Source: a virus
Taxonomy: Duplodnaviria > Caudoviricetes
Direction: 5' to 3' (one strand)
DNA length: 61,357 nt
Virus record (IMG/VR): IMGVR_UViG_3300048584_000008
Location: 1 to 61,357 of that record
How positions within the stretch are numbered: position 1 is the first letter of the stretch; each line of letters begins with the position of its first letter. The translations under genes and the position numbers were made by a program. Positions 7,779-18,549 of this stretch are shown here, piece after piece. The notes beneath the pieces were generated by a model. That model searched no databases. It saw only the letters and a program-made list of their open reading frames with translations, and was not told the DNA's origin.

Positions 7779-9381
7779 GCTAGACTTTAGCAACGCCGAG
7801 CAGGCTCTTAAGAGCCTACCTAAGTTTGACGTCAACGAGTTTAACCTAGCAGTACAGGCTATGGGCGAGGATATCGTGTCTGGTAAGGCAGATAATAGGT
7901 CGATGCAGACCTTTCTCGCCATGCTAGAGGAGCTAGAGAAGCGGGAGGCCGGAGCCGGTACGGGTAAGTGGTTTGTTCCCGGCACTCCCTACGGAATCGA
8001 GAACTGCCCTAAGCACCGGGCGTTCTTTGACGCCGGAGCCGAGTACAAGGAACGCATCTTTCTAGCGTCTAACCGTACTGGTAAGTCTATCGCGGGAGCT
8101 TTCGAGATGGCTTGCCACCTTACCGGGGAATACCCCGACTGGTGGAGAGGGGTTAAGTTCGATAGACCCATCTCGGCGTGGGCTACTGGCGCTACTGCCC
8201 GTACTACACGAGACGTTGTACAGCAGGAGCTTATTGGGCCTATGGGTAGCTGGGGTACCGGCATGATTCCCCTAGAGAAGATGGGCCGTTCTTGGGCGCT
8301 ACAGGGCACACCAGGCGGTCTAGACGTACTAGAAGTTAAGCACAAGTCCGGGGGCATGTCACGCCTAGGATTCAAGAATTATGAGCAGTCTATCGACACC
8401 TTCATGGGTGTCAAGCTAGACGTGGTTTGGCTGGACGAAGAGTGCCCACAGAACATTTACAACGAATGTTTGATGCGTACTATGACTACACACGGCATCG
8501 TTATGGTTACCTTCACCCCGCTTAAGGGCCTGACACCGTTTGTGGTTAGCTTCCTCAGCAAGGCAGAGTTTCTGGCAGGTGCTAGGCCGATTACGGTCCC
8601 CGCCAAGGACAAGCCGGAAGGCGACGATGAAGGAGAGGATGCCCGATTCAAGGACCTAGTTAGGTCTAAGGCCGTGATTCAGGCGGGCTGGGATGACGCT
8701 CCGTGGCTAGAAGAGAGCCAGAAGGCTAAGATGCTGGACGATACGGCCCCTCACCTACGAGCTGCTCGTTCTAAGGGTATCCCGGCTATGGGTTCTGGCA
8801 ACGTTTACCCGATTCCTTTCGAGGAAATCTCGTGTAATCCGTTCAAGATACCCGAGCACTACAAGAGAATGTACGCCCTAGACGTGGGCTGGAACAGAAC
8901 CGCCGCTCTCTGGGCCGCAATTGACCCAGATACGGACACAATCTATATCCATGACGAGCACTACATGGGAGAAGCTCCGCCAGCCGTACACACTGCCGCT
9001 ATCAGAGGGCGTGGAGACTGGATTCCGGGAGTAATCGACCCAGCCTCGCGTGGCCGTAGCCAGATTGACGGGCTTAATCTATTCCAAATCTACAAGGATA
9101 TGGGGCTTAAGCTTAATAAAGCGAATAACGAAGTAGAGAGCGGTATTGCCCTCGTGTGGGCGCTGATGTCTACTGGTAGACTCAAGATATTTTCTAACCT
9201 AACTCACTTTCCAAGTGAATATTTAATCTACCGCCGGGACGATAAGGGCCGCATAGTAAAGGAAAAAGACCATCTGATGGACTGCCTCCGATACATTGTC
9301 AATAACCAGATAAGAGCCATGTCGAAACGCGCGATATCAAACAGAGGAGTGGGGGATGGAAGCCGAAACTATGACATCTGA
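7771..9381 (+). CDS. terL: Terminase large subunit
   Basis: Walker A ASNRTGKS, Walker B VVWLDEE, TFTPLKG coupling motif, nuclease ALDVGW and DHLMDCLRY. Confidence 0.95.
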   Translation: MSELDFSNAEQALKSLPKFDVNEFNLAVQAMGEDIVSGKADNRSMQTFLAMLEELEKREAGAGTGKWFVPGTPYGIENCPKHRAFFDAGAEYKERIFLASNRTGKSIAGAFEMACHLTGEYPDWWRGVKFDRPISAWATGATARTTRDVVQQELIGPMGSWGTGMIPLEKMGRSWALQGTPGGLDVLEVKHKSGGMSRLGFKNYEQSIDTFMGVKLDVVWLDEECPQNIYNECLMRTMTTHGIVMVTFTPLKGLTPFVVSFLSKAEFLAGARPITVPAKDKPEGDDEGEDARFKDLVRSKAVIQAGWDDAPWLEESQKAKMLDDTAPHLRAARSKGIPAMGSGNVYPIPFEEISCNPFKIPEHYKRMYALDVGWNRTAALWAAIDPDTDTIYIHDEHYMGEAPPAVHTAAIRGRGDWIPGVIDPASRGRSQIDGLNLFQIYKDMGLKLNKANNEVESGIALVWALMSTGRLKIFSNLTHFPSEYLIYRRDDKGRIVKEKDHLMDCLRYIVNNQIRAMSKRAISNRGVGDGSRNYDI

Positions 9382-11566
9382 ACTGGACGGAGCGCCTCTA
9401 ACCGAGGAGCAGAAGCTGGAAGCCGAGCTAGCCCTAGTAGAAGAGGCTAAGGCAAACCTCGCCCGCGAGGCTGCGTTCGATAGCCTAGCCCGTTCTATTG
9501 AGTCGAGGTTCTACCAGAGAGCTTCTAGACGTAAGACTAAAGAGTCTGAGTGGATGAAGGCTATGGAATTGTACCTAGGTAATCTACTTACCTCAACAAG
9601 TACCTCCTCGGAGATGCCTTTTGCTGGTACTAACTCCAGCAGCCGCCCCTACTACAACATTATTGCCAGCAAGTGCGACATCGCAATCGCTCAGTCGGTG
9701 GATATGCAGTTTGCTGGCGGTGAAAAGAACTGGTCACTCACGGCCTCGCCCAATAACCGCGACCCGGCTAACGCAGAGCGTGCCCGTTTGATGGAAAAAG
9801 AGATTGAGACGCAGCTAGAGCGCTGTTCGTATGGTAAGAAGACTCGCCGGGCCATCGAGGATCGTGTAATTCTAGGTACTGGCGTGCTAAAAGGCCCCGT
9901 TAATACTGGCCGCGTGTATACCACGTACGCTCCCGTACCGGGAACTGACATTTGGGCACCCAAGCCGGGCGTAGATAAGTCGCCGGCCATTGAGTGGGTC
10001 AATCCTTGGTTCTTTTTCCCCGACGATAGCGTCAACGAGTTCTCTCAGGTTGGCGACACCATCGAAGTGCACCCCTCTTCTGCTATGGAACTGAAGAAGT
10101 GGCGCTTCCACCCCGGATTTATCCGAGATGCGGTGGACGAGGTACTGAAAACTAAGCCTGAAGAGTACATGATGCAGGTCTACACTGACTATAGCAGCAT
10201 AACGGACACTAATCCGTACCTCTTCAAAGAGAAGTACATGGTTCTGGAGTATCACGGCCCTATTTCGGCGGACGATTTAGCGCTTCTGTCTATTGAGGCT
10301 CCAGCTTACGACCCCATCAACGAAGAGTACTACGGTGAGGTGTGGGTTTGCGCCGGTAAGGTCATCCGTATAGAGCTAGAGAACATCGAGGCGTCCTTTG
10401 AGGTGCCTTATGCCGTGTCTACGTGGAAGAAGGACCCGGCCTCTGTGTTCGGTTTCGGTTCTCCGCTGCTTATGAAGGACTCTCAGCGTGTTGCTCGTGA
10501 GGTTTGGCGTATGGTGCTGGATAATGCCAGCCTGTCGTCCGGCCCGCAGCTAGCGATGCACCGTACTTACGTAGAGCCGCAGGATGGTAAGTGGGAACTG
10601 GCTCCTAACAAGGCTTGGAACCTACTAGACGCGTCTATTGACGTGCAGAAGGCTATCCAGTTCTTTAACGTGCCCAATATGACCACAGAGCTACTACCTA
10701 TCCTAGATGTTGCTAGGGGCATGGCCGAGGAAGAGTCCATGATGCCGATGATTTCGGCTGGCTTGGGCGGGGCTGACGTGCAGGAGTCTGCTTCTGGCAG
10801 CCTGATGATGCGGGAAGCGGCTACTACCATCGTAGACTTCCTATCTGAGGACTGGGACGATAACGTTACCGAGAAAATCATCCGCCGTACCTATGGCTGG
10901 AATATGCAGTACAATCCGTTAGCGGATATTAAGGGTGAGTACACAGTAGACGTGCGTACCGCCACCGAGTTTAAGAACAAGCAGATGTACCTACGCGACC
11001 TTGAGCGTCTAAGCATGGAAGTTACCCAGAACCCGGAAGCGGGTATGCTGGTCAACAAGGAAGAGTTGTTCCGCGCCCGCATGGCAGTTATGAAGATTCC
11101 CTACGGTGCTATTATCCGTAGCGATGAAGAGATTGCCCAGCTTAAGGCGGCGCAGGCAGCGCAGCCGTCCCCAGAAAGTATGGAGATGAAGCTTAAGCAG
11201 CAGGAGCTGGCTCTAGAGGAGCGCAGCATTGCCCTTAAGGAGAAGATGCTGGAGTTTGAGAAGGCGCAACAGCAGGCTCGTGAGGTCATGGATCATCAGG
11301 AGCGTATGTCGGCTAATAGGGCTAGAGAACTTGAAGCGATGGCTGCGGTTACCCGTACCCAGAACGAAAAGGATACTCAGTTCCTACAGCTGGCGCAGAA
11401 GATGGAGTCGGAGAAAGAGAAGAGAGCGTTGCTTGCTAGGATTGCGGTCACTAATAACGAGACCAAGAGATTCGCAGCGCAGCTGGACTCGAACGCTAAG
11501 GCTCGTCAACATATCCTTACAGCCGAAGAGATGAGGCTGAAGGCCACTACGGGGAGTGGTATCTAA
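9356..11566 (+). CDS. Portal protein
   Basis: 736 aa after TerL; GTGVLKGP, NPWFFFPD, FGFGSP..M, coiled-coil C-terminal barrel. Confidence 0.9.
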   Translation: MEAETMTSELDGAPLTEEQKLEAELALVEEAKANLAREAAFDSLARSIESRFYQRASRRKTKESEWMKAMELYLGNLLTSTSTSSEMPFAGTNSSSRPYYNIIASKCDIAIAQSVDMQFAGGEKNWSLTASPNNRDPANAERARLMEKEIETQLERCSYGKKTRRAIEDRVILGTGVLKGPVNTGRVYTTYAPVPGTDIWAPKPGVDKSPAIEWVNPWFFFPDDSVNEFSQVGDTIEVHPSSAMELKKWRFHPGFIRDAVDEVLKTKPEEYMMQVYTDYSSITDTNPYLFKEKYMVLEYHGPISADDLALLSIEAPAYDPINEEYYGEVWVCAGKVIRIELENIEASFEVPYAVSTWKKDPASVFGFGSPLLMKDSQRVAREVWRMVLDNASLSSGPQLAMHRTYVEPQDGKWELAPNKAWNLLDASIDVQKAIQFFNVPNMTTELLPILDVARGMAEEESMMPMISAGLGGADVQESASGSLMMREAATTIVDFLSEDWDDNVTEKIIRRTYGWNMQYNPLADIKGEYTVDVRTATEFKNKQMYLRDLERLSMEVTQNPEAGMLVNKEELFRARMAVMKIPYGAIIRSDEEIAQLKAAQAAQPSPESMEMKLKQQELALEERSIALKEKMLEFEKAQQQAREVMDHQERMSANRARELEAMAAVTRTQNEKDTQFLQLAQKMESEKEKRALLARIAVTNNETKRFAAQLDSNAKARQHILTAEEMRLKATTGSGI

Positions 11567-11812
11567 ATGCGTATACCCTTAGACTTTAACACCTCATCCC
11601 GGGAGTGGGATACTATACGCAGTTTAATGGAAGAAGAAAGAGAGTTACTCGTAGGGAAGCTCTGTGCTTTAGAGTGCTCCCCAACCCAGACAGACCAACT
11701 AAGGGGACGAATAGCTTTCATACGCGACTTCCTCGCCTCAGTTGAAGCAGCCGCCAAAGAGCGCCTGCAATTAGGAGGAATGAGAAATGTCCCAAGAGAA
11801 CAGAATAGATAA
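11567..11812 (+). CDS. Small conserved head-module protein
   Basis: Between portal and scaffold; W...L......TDQLRGRI pattern. Confidence 0.65.
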   Translation: MRIPLDFNTSSREWDTIRSLMEEERELLVGKLCALECSPTQTDQLRGRIAFIRDFLASVEAAAKERLQLGGMRNVPREQNR

Positions 11813-12794
11813 GACCCAAGAGGAATTGTTTGAAGAGATCAACGCAGCCCGTGCCGCTGGCACCGACTACGGTAAGGTCCTAAAGAATGTAAACGTGTCG
11901 GACTCGGAATCTAATGAAGATACCGTAGTACCTAAAGAAGAGGCCCCTCTGATCGAGGTGCCAGAAGTAACAGAGGAAGTAGACACGACAAAGGTTACCA
12001 CAGAAGTTACCCCCGCTCCCGTTGACTGGGAAGCCGGGCTAAGTCCTGAGGTACTTGCTGAAGTACAGAAGCTCAAGGATGAGCGAGCCCAGTTAGAACA
12101 TCGCGTGAAGTCTGAACTGGGTAGAGTGCCTTACCTACAGCGTAAGGTAGAAGAACTGTCACGCCAAACGTCCCAGCCGCCGACTCCTCCTGTGGGGAGT
12201 ACCGCCGCTACAAAGACAAGCGGAAAGTTTGCCGAAAGACTTGCCCGAGCACGAGAGGTTGATCCCGACCTAGCAGATTTGTTTGAAGCTGCGATTGAGG
12301 AAATCTCTGCACCCTTGCGCGAAGAACTGACAAACGAGGTACACCAGACCAAGCAGGCTATTGCAGACAAAGAGTACGAGGAACTATGGCAGAGAGAGAA
12401 AGCCAAACTCCTACAACAGGTCCCGCAGGCCGATGAAGTCTTTAAGCACCCGATGTACAAGCAGTGGAAGAGTGAGATACCGGAAAATCTACTTAGACTG
12501 TCTAGCTCCGTCTACGCCGATGAGGTTGTGATTGCACTAGAGCAGTTCGCTAAGTATGTTGCCCTACAGTCACCAGAGACTCCGGCCTCGCCGCAGGCTC
12601 CGGTTGCTCCGGCCCCGGTTGATACTACCGCTAGCGATAAGTTGGCCGCTGATAGAGCTAGGAAGCTTTCCAGCGGTGCACCGAGTACGTCGGCACCCGC
12701 GCCTAGGGGTGGGACTGGAATCCCAGAAGACCCCGATGCGCTGTTTAACTACATAACTGATAAGATTCGTAAGAACGAACCTTATAAACTTTAA
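11787..12794 (+). CDS. Capsid scaffolding protein
   Basis: Acidic, helical, directly upstream of the major capsid gene; AGGAGG RBS. Confidence 0.75.
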   Translation: MSQENRIDKTQEELFEEINAARAAGTDYGKVLKNVNVSDSESNEDTVVPKEEAPLIEVPEVTEEVDTTKVTTEVTPAPVDWEAGLSPEVLAEVQKLKDERAQLEHRVKSELGRVPYLQRKVEELSRQTSQPPTPPVGSTAATKTSGKFAERLARAREVDPDLADLFEAAIEEISAPLREELTNEVHQTKQAIADKEYEELWQREKAKLLQQVPQADEVFKHPMYKQWKSEIPENLLRLSSSVYADEVVIALEQFAKYVALQSPETPASPQAPVAPAPVDTTASDKLAADRARKLSSGAPSTSAPAPRGGTGIPEDPDALFNYITDKIRKNEPYKL

Positions 12795-12810
12795 CTAGGA
12801 GGATTAAATT

Positions 12811-13818
12811 ATGGCTTCTTTTTCCCCACAGACTTATGGTGATATCGGCACTCGCGTCGGTATTGTCCTCGTCTCGGAGATGCTTGAGCATGCCCGTCCC
12901 ATCGTGCAGCTCGAAAAGTTTGGCAAGAACCAGCCCGTGCCGGCTAACAAGGGCCTCGTGCTCAAGTGGCGTCGTCCCGTTCCGCTGGACGTTTCCCCGT
13001 TCGCTCTGACTGAAGGCGTTACGCCTGCTCCGTCGGCGCTCGACTACGATGACGTGACGGCTACCCTCAGCCAGTACGGCGGATTCATTCCGTTTACTGA
13101 CGTGATGGCCGACACCCACGAAGACCCGAACGTCAAGGTGATGGCTGAACTGGTGGGCGAGGCTGCGGCTACGACCAAAGAGATTCTGATTTGGAACACC
13201 CTGCGTGGTGGCACCAACGTTATCTTCTCGGGCGTTGCTACTACCCGCGCGCAGGTGACTGCTACTATCACGGAAGATGAACTCCGTCAGGCCCAGAAGG
13301 ACCTGAAGCAGGCCCACGGTAAGCACATTACCAAGATGCTCAATGCGTCGCAGAATGTGGCTACTGAGCCTGTTGCCCCGGCGTTTATCGGCTTCGGCGA
13401 AACCGCCCTTGAGGGTGACCTGCGCGATCTTGCCGGCTTCGTGCCGCGTGAGAAGTACGCCTCGGGCTCCCTGATTTCGGACTACGAGATCGGTAAGTTT
13501 GAAGATATCCGCTTCATCCTGACCCCGGTCCTCGGCCCGTTCGTGGGTGCCGGTTCGACCAGCATCACTGGTGTTGAGAACGACGGTGTGAACGTGAACG
13601 TGTACCCGCTCGTTATTCTGGCGCAGGATGCGTTCGCTGTTACTTCGCTACGTGGTATGTCTTCGGTCGAGATTAAGGTCAAGAACCCGGAGATGGGCAA
13701 GGACTACAACGACCCGCTGGGTCAGCGTGGCTTTGTGGCGTGGAAGATGTGGTTTGTCGTTACTCGTCTCAACGAGACTTGGATGATCCGCGTCGAAACC
13801 GCTGCTTCGTCCTACTAA
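12811..13818 (+). CDS. Major capsid protein (N4-gp56 family)
   Basis: LTEGVTP, QYG, THEDP, EIGK...RFI, DPLGQRGFVAWKMW; strong AGGAGG RBS. Confidence 0.92.
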   Translation: MASFSPQTYGDIGTRVGIVLVSEMLEHARPIVQLEKFGKNQPVPANKGLVLKWRRPVPLDVSPFALTEGVTPAPSALDYDDVTATLSQYGGFIPFTDVMADTHEDPNVKVMAELVGEAAATTKEILIWNTLRGGTNVIFSGVATTRAQVTATITEDELRQAQKDLKQAHGKHITKMLNASQNVATEPVAPAFIGFGETALEGDLRDLAGFVPREKYASGSLISDYEIGKFEDIRFILTPVLGPFVGAGSTSITGVENDGVNVNVYPLVILAQDAFAVTSLRGMSSVEIKVKNPEMGKDYNDPLGQRGFVAWKMWFVVTRLNETWMIRVETAASSY

Positions 13819-13833
13819 TAAAGGAGATTAAAT

Positions 13834-14361
13834 ATGGCTATCTATCAGTCCGCCGCCTACATGGGCGACGCTAACTTCCGCACTCTAGGCGACCAGCCTG
13901 CCGAAATCACTGCTACTATTGAGATTCCGGCTAACACTCGTCTGACTACTGCGGATAAGCTTCTCTTCCTCCATATCGGTGAGGCTCACTCGATTGACGA
14001 GGTTGTGGTTCGTTTTGAGGCTCTGGATAACGCCCAGACCCCGACTCTTACCCTAAACGTGGGTTACGAGACCGTCATTGCTGCTGACGATCCCGACGCC
14101 TTTCTGGCGGCTAGCACTCTTGGCCGTGCTGGCGGTCAGGCTCAGGTCGAGAACGGTGGCAACCCGGCCTTTGCCGTGGGTGCGCTCGCTCCGATCAATG
14201 AGATTCTTGACCTCGTGGCTATCCCGGCGGCTAACGCTGCTTCGGCTGCGGGTACTGGTACCCTAGGTACTGGTATCTCTGCTAAGTCTGTGACTCTGAC
14301 GGCTAAGATCAGCCGTAAGACCTCGGGCCTGCAGGGCACCCCGTACCGCTACGGCGCGTAA
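13834..14361 (+). CDS. Putative capsid decoration/cement protein
   Basis: Follows the capsid gene; strong RBS; TLNVG....DDPDAFLAA motif. Confidence 0.6.
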   Translation: MAIYQSAAYMGDANFRTLGDQPAEITATIEIPANTRLTTADKLLFLHIGEAHSIDEVVVRFEALDNAQTPTLTLNVGYETVIAADDPDAFLAASTLGRAGGQAQVENGGNPAFAVGALAPINEILDLVAIPAANAASAAGTGTLGTGISAKSVTLTAKISRKTSGLQGTPYRYGA

Positions 14362-14372
14362 CGTAACAACTT

Positions 14373-14396
14373 GTAAGGCCCCTTCGGGGGCCTTAC
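14373..14396 (+). terminator. Perfect 10-bp hairpin with UUCG loop after the capsid genes (no U-tract)
   Basis: GTAAGGCCCC-TTCG-GGGGCCTTAC. Confidence 0.55.
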
Positions 14397-14423
14397 CCCT
14401 AAGTGTGATTAAGGAGAAATACT

Positions 14424-15041
14424 ATGTCGGATGAAATTCTGGACCAAGAGAAGGATGCACTAGACGGACTAACTATCGCGCAGGCTCGCTCGTACGCTAA
14501 ACTGTACAACGTGGCGCTCAGCCGAGAGATGACCCTAGATGACATCAAGGCCGCTATTAAGGCCAAGCAAGCTAAGCACAAGATGGTTACGCACGCTGAT
14601 GAGAGCACCGGCCCAGCGCCGGGTAAATGGCGTATCAAGGTTCACAAGACTAATGAGCACGGAGCTAAGGCGGGCAGCCGTCCAGTCCCTGTTATGGTCA
14701 ACGGATATAAGTGTTCCATCCCGCGCAACGTCGTAGTTGACGTGCCGGAAAAGGTGGTTCGCGTACTAGAGAACTCGGTGCACTACGTGCCGATTGAGAA
14801 TGACAGTGGCTTGTGGTCGTTTGAGCCGCAGCTGACCTACCCGTTCCAAGTGATTGCCAGCACTCCCGGTGCTGACCCGTCGCCGGGCTACGAGGCTGGC
14901 CGTGCTCGCATGTACAAGCAGCGTCTTGCTTATCGTGACGAGTTTGGTTACTGGCCTAAGAATCAGGCGCAGCTACGAGAGGCTATCAGTAACGGCCTTA
15001 TCGGCAAGCCTAAGCTACCCAGCACTGAAGTCGAAGCCTAA
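14424..15041 (+). CDS. Hypothetical head-module protein
   Basis: AAGGAG RBS; VPVMVNGYKCSIPRNVVVDVPE..V.VLEN pattern common after N4-type capsid genes. Confidence 0.7.
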   Translation: MSDEILDQEKDALDGLTIAQARSYAKLYNVALSREMTLDDIKAAIKAKQAKHKMVTHADESTGPAPGKWRIKVHKTNEHGAKAGSRPVPVMVNGYKCSIPRNVVVDVPEKVVRVLENSVHYVPIENDSGLWSFEPQLTYPFQVIASTPGADPSPGYEAGRARMYKQRLAYRDEFGYWPKNQAQLREAISNGLIGKPKLPSTEVEA

Positions 15042-15059
15042 CTAGGAGAACGCTTAACA

Positions 15060-16025
15060 ATGAGTACATATCTGGAGTTAGTAAACCTAGCAATTGCCGA
15101 GGCGGGTAAGGACCAAGACGACCTTACTTCGGCTAACTTTGCTAGCCCGCCTGACATCCGTATGTACGGCAGGTTCAAGCGGTGGGTCAATGAGTCTTAT
15201 AAAGAGATTCAGATGGCCCGCAACGAGTGGGAATTTAAGACCGCCCGGGCCAGCGTATTTGCTGGTCCGGCTATTTACGTTGAGCAGGGTAGCCGTGCTA
15301 CTGCCCCCACTGTGGGGAGTCTCTACGTTGGTGCAGACAGCAACTACTCGCTAGAAGTAGAGCAGGTAATTCTGCACTCCGGCACGTGGCTTGCCGGTAC
15401 AGCTAAGGCCACAATCTATTTTACCGTGCCCGGCGATGTCGAGGCTTCGGACTTTAAGTTCAACGAAGTATTCACAGAAGACCTAGGTGTTGGTACCTTC
15501 CGCGTTAAGGGCTGGGGCCGCTACGACTTTAAGGTAGACGGTCAGGTCCCTGACATCATGGAAGTGCTAGTTGAGAGCTTCTCTTCTCAGAGTACTGGTG
15601 GCTCAGCTATTCAGGATAACGATCCCGACGTAGGCCTAAGCTCCCTCACTTACGTTCCTTGGAACGCATGGGAAGAAGTGTTTGATGGTATGGCCGGTAA
15701 CAGAGGCCGTCCTAGCTTTGTCACAACGGCACCAGATGGTACCCTAGAGTTCTGGCCGAGGCCGGACAAGCAGTACGTGATTCACTTTACGTACACCAAG
15801 GATGATGCTGCTAGTATGGTCCTCTTTGATGACACACCTTCCGCAATCCACCCGCGCTACCATGACATTATTGCGTGGATGGCTGTACACAAGTCGGGCA
15901 TGTATGACCGTGATCGGACTATTACTAGCCGGGCTGACAAGCGTATTACCTATTTCCGCAACGCAATGGAGCGCAACCTGATGCCAGCCGTTAGCTTCCA
16001 GCCGTCGAGGTTTAATCGTGAGTGA
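15060..16025 (+). CDS. Head-tail adaptor / tail tubular protein A-like
   Basis: MSTYLELVN..., EWEF, GRP, FWPRPDKQY, IHPRYHDIIAW. Confidence 0.75.
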   Translation: MSTYLELVNLAIAEAGKDQDDLTSANFASPPDIRMYGRFKRWVNESYKEIQMARNEWEFKTARASVFAGPAIYVEQGSRATAPTVGSLYVGADSNYSLEVEQVILHSGTWLAGTAKATIYFTVPGDVEASDFKFNEVFTEDLGVGTFRVKGWGRYDFKVDGQVPDIMEVLVESFSSQSTGGSAIQDNDPDVGLSSLTYVPWNAWEEVFDGMAGNRGRPSFVTTAPDGTLEFWPRPDKQYVIHFTYTKDDAASMVLFDDTPSAIHPRYHDIIAWMAVHKSGMYDRDRTITSRADKRITYFRNAMERNLMPAVSFQPSRFNRE

Positions 16026-18549
16026 TCTAGTACCGTCCATCATTCCGCTCACCAGCGGACTAGACCTATCTAGTCCTAAGATGCTGGCTGAGCCGGGGTC
16101 TATGATTGACTGCCTCAACTATGAGCTACTTGATTTCCTAGGTTATGCCCGCATAGGTGGCTATACGCGCTACGATGGTAGCGTCTATGCTACTGACATC
16201 CCTTCCTTGAAGGTCTACACGCACAGGTTCCTAATTACTGGAGGTAGCCCTCCGCTCCTTGAATCTAACGTCCTGTTCGAGGATGGTAACGGCACAGTAT
16301 CTGGGTTCCTGTTTTATGCCGATATAACTGTTGGGCCTGGGCCCGACTACGCGGATGCTACCTATATCTCCTTTACTGGTAGTAAGGTTATCTCCGCAGA
16401 CTTTGGCACGTGGACTATGAAGGCTAATCCTTCCGGGGATTTCACAGAGACTGCTATTACTCCCGCGCAGTTTAGTGCTCTAGACACTGCCCTAAGAGCA
16501 GCGGTAGGTGCCCTACCTGCTACGGCAGTTGGTCTGCAGTGGCACAGAAATAATCTGTTTGCTGTTGTTCCTCAGCTCATGATTCCTTATAGTGCGACCA
16601 ACGTTAACGAGGTTGTCGGCTACACCATTGGGGCTACTGTAACTACTACCCTAGGTAGTGGCACGGCTGTTCTTAGAGATAAGGTTGTTAGCGTAGCTGC
16701 CGGAGTGTCCACTGCTGAGAGCGGGTGGCTTGTAGTACAGGACCTAGGCTCTGGTAGCCTAGAGGCTCTTGTAGATAATACGCACACGCTAGGTGGGGCA
16801 GTCACAGTAGCAGCTGGTTCTGTATACCATCAGGCAGTTAACCTTAAAGGCATGACTTCTACGGCATGCAGCATCTACCGTGCTCAGCGCCCAGAGCTAT
16901 TTAACGTAAGCGACGCGGTTGTTGCCCCCGGCTGGATTGAGCAGGGGCTGTCCTATACTGCGCAAGTAACCCTATCTGGCGTGACTACTGAGCTGAGGGC
17001 ACTACGCCGGGGCAGCACTGCCGTCGAGTCTACATACTACTTTGACGACGGTACTGACACTAGAGAGATACAGCTACTAGACTGGTATGTTATATCTGGT
17101 TCCTACGCAGGCGGGGATGCCGTACTTGCCGTACAGTTTGCCTACCCGGGTGACGATATTACTACGGCGTTTGACCTATACTCTGATGCTGGTGCTACAA
17201 TAAAGCTAGGCGACGTCACCACTCGTATGTCCTTGAACTCCCTGCCGGGCTACCCTCAGCTGAAAGCGAAGAATAGTCGCTACCAATTCAAGAACGCTAA
17301 CTTCTACGCCTCTGATAATACGGACGCTATATATGGAGTTAGTGGTGCCAGTCGTGGGTTTGTTATGGGTGGCGCTACTGCAGCTATGTCGTTTATCTAT
17401 ACGCAGGCGGATGCCGCTTTAGATATTCCACGCCACGTAGAGTATCACGTCTATCACCTAGCTCTAGGCTTCCAGCCCGGCTCGGTGCAGCTATCAGTTG
17501 TAGGTCAGCCGACCAACTTTGATGGCGCACAAGGTGCCTCCGAGCACGGCGTAGGTGATATCCTCACCGGACTTATGTCTATGCCGGGGGTAACCTTAGC
17601 CATCTTTTGTGCGAGCAGTATCCATAGCCTAGTTGGTGCTGTTGTGGATAGCTTTAGCCTACAGGTGCTTGCTCCTAATACCGGCTGTGTTGAGTACACG
17701 CTAGTCGACATGGGCGAGCCTATGTACCTAGACAACCGAGGTGTCTGTGTCCTGTCTACCTCTGCTAACTATGGCGACTTCGTAGACGGCAGGCTATCGG
17801 AGAAGGTGTCCTCGTACCTACGGCGTAAGCTGCGTAAGGACCTTATTGGCAAGAGTACTTCGGCTGGTGTGGCGTGCGCTATTCCTGTGAGAGAGAAGAA
17901 CCAGTACCGCATATTCTTCAACGACGGCAGCATCGTTACCGTAACTATGAAAGGAAGTAAGAATGCTCCCGGCTTTACCTTCCAGAAGTACTTCCTAGAT
18001 GCCACATCTACGGAGGACTTTACTTCTACTATTGTCCCCATTGCGTGGACTTCTGAGGTAGACGACGGCGGTGTTGAGCGTATGTTCGTCAGTCACTACA
18101 ACGAGGATGCTGTCAATACCTCTAACTATGTGTACGCCCTAGACGCCGGGGACTCCTTTGACGGCAACTACATCCCGCACTACTTTACCACTAATTGGTA
18201 CCACACGGAGAACCCGGCACAGTTCCAGACCTTACAGGCAGTTAGGCTGCACGGCCTATCTAAGGGTAAGGCTGGGCTAAAGGTGCAGGCTGCGGGTGCC
18301 CAGAATGACATGGTGTTCAACGGAACAGCCCTTAGCACTACCACTACCCCAATTAACCTACCGCGTACCCCAGCTAACCTAGTCTCGGAATACCAGCCTG
18401 TCACTAACCGGGCAGACATAGCCGCCAGAGGATTAGCGGTTCAGCTTAAGTTTAGCGGGTCTAATACTGACCTAGCTGTAATTGAACCTTCGCACGTAGC
18501 GCAGGTCTTAATAACGTACTCTACCCCAGACGGAGCATTTGACCTATGA
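16018..18549 (+). CDS. Tail nozzle / tail tubular protein B-like
   Basis: 843 aa; GLDL...PG....CLNYE....GYARIGGY.RYDG N-terminus; follows the adaptor. Confidence 0.75.
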   Translation: MSDLVPSIIPLTSGLDLSSPKMLAEPGSMIDCLNYELLDFLGYARIGGYTRYDGSVYATDIPSLKVYTHRFLITGGSPPLLESNVLFEDGNGTVSGFLFYADITVGPGPDYADATYISFTGSKVISADFGTWTMKANPSGDFTETAITPAQFSALDTALRAAVGALPATAVGLQWHRNNLFAVVPQLMIPYSATNVNEVVGYTIGATVTTTLGSGTAVLRDKVVSVAAGVSTAESGWLVVQDLGSGSLEALVDNTHTLGGAVTVAAGSVYHQAVNLKGMTSTACSIYRAQRPELFNVSDAVVAPGWIEQGLSYTAQVTLSGVTTELRALRRGSTAVESTYYFDDGTDTREIQLLDWYVISGSYAGGDAVLAVQFAYPGDDITTAFDLYSDAGATIKLGDVTTRMSLNSLPGYPQLKAKNSRYQFKNANFYASDNTDAIYGVSGASRGFVMGGATAAMSFIYTQADAALDIPRHVEYHVYHLALGFQPGSVQLSVVGQPTNFDGAQGASEHGVGDILTGLMSMPGVTLAIFCASSIHSLVGAVVDSFSLQVLAPNTGCVEYTLVDMGEPMYLDNRGVCVLSTSANYGDFVDGRLSEKVSSYLRRKLRKDLIGKSTSAGVACAIPVREKNQYRIFFNDGSIVTVTMKGSKNAPGFTFQKYFLDATSTEDFTSTIVPIAWTSEVDDGGVERMFVSHYNEDAVNTSNYVYALDAGDSFDGNYIPHYFTTNWYHTENPAQFQTLQAVRLHGLSKGKAGLKVQAAGAQNDMVFNGTALSTTTTPINLPRTPANLVSEYQPVTNRADIAARGLAVQLKFSGSNTDLAVIEPSHVAQVLITYSTPDGAFDL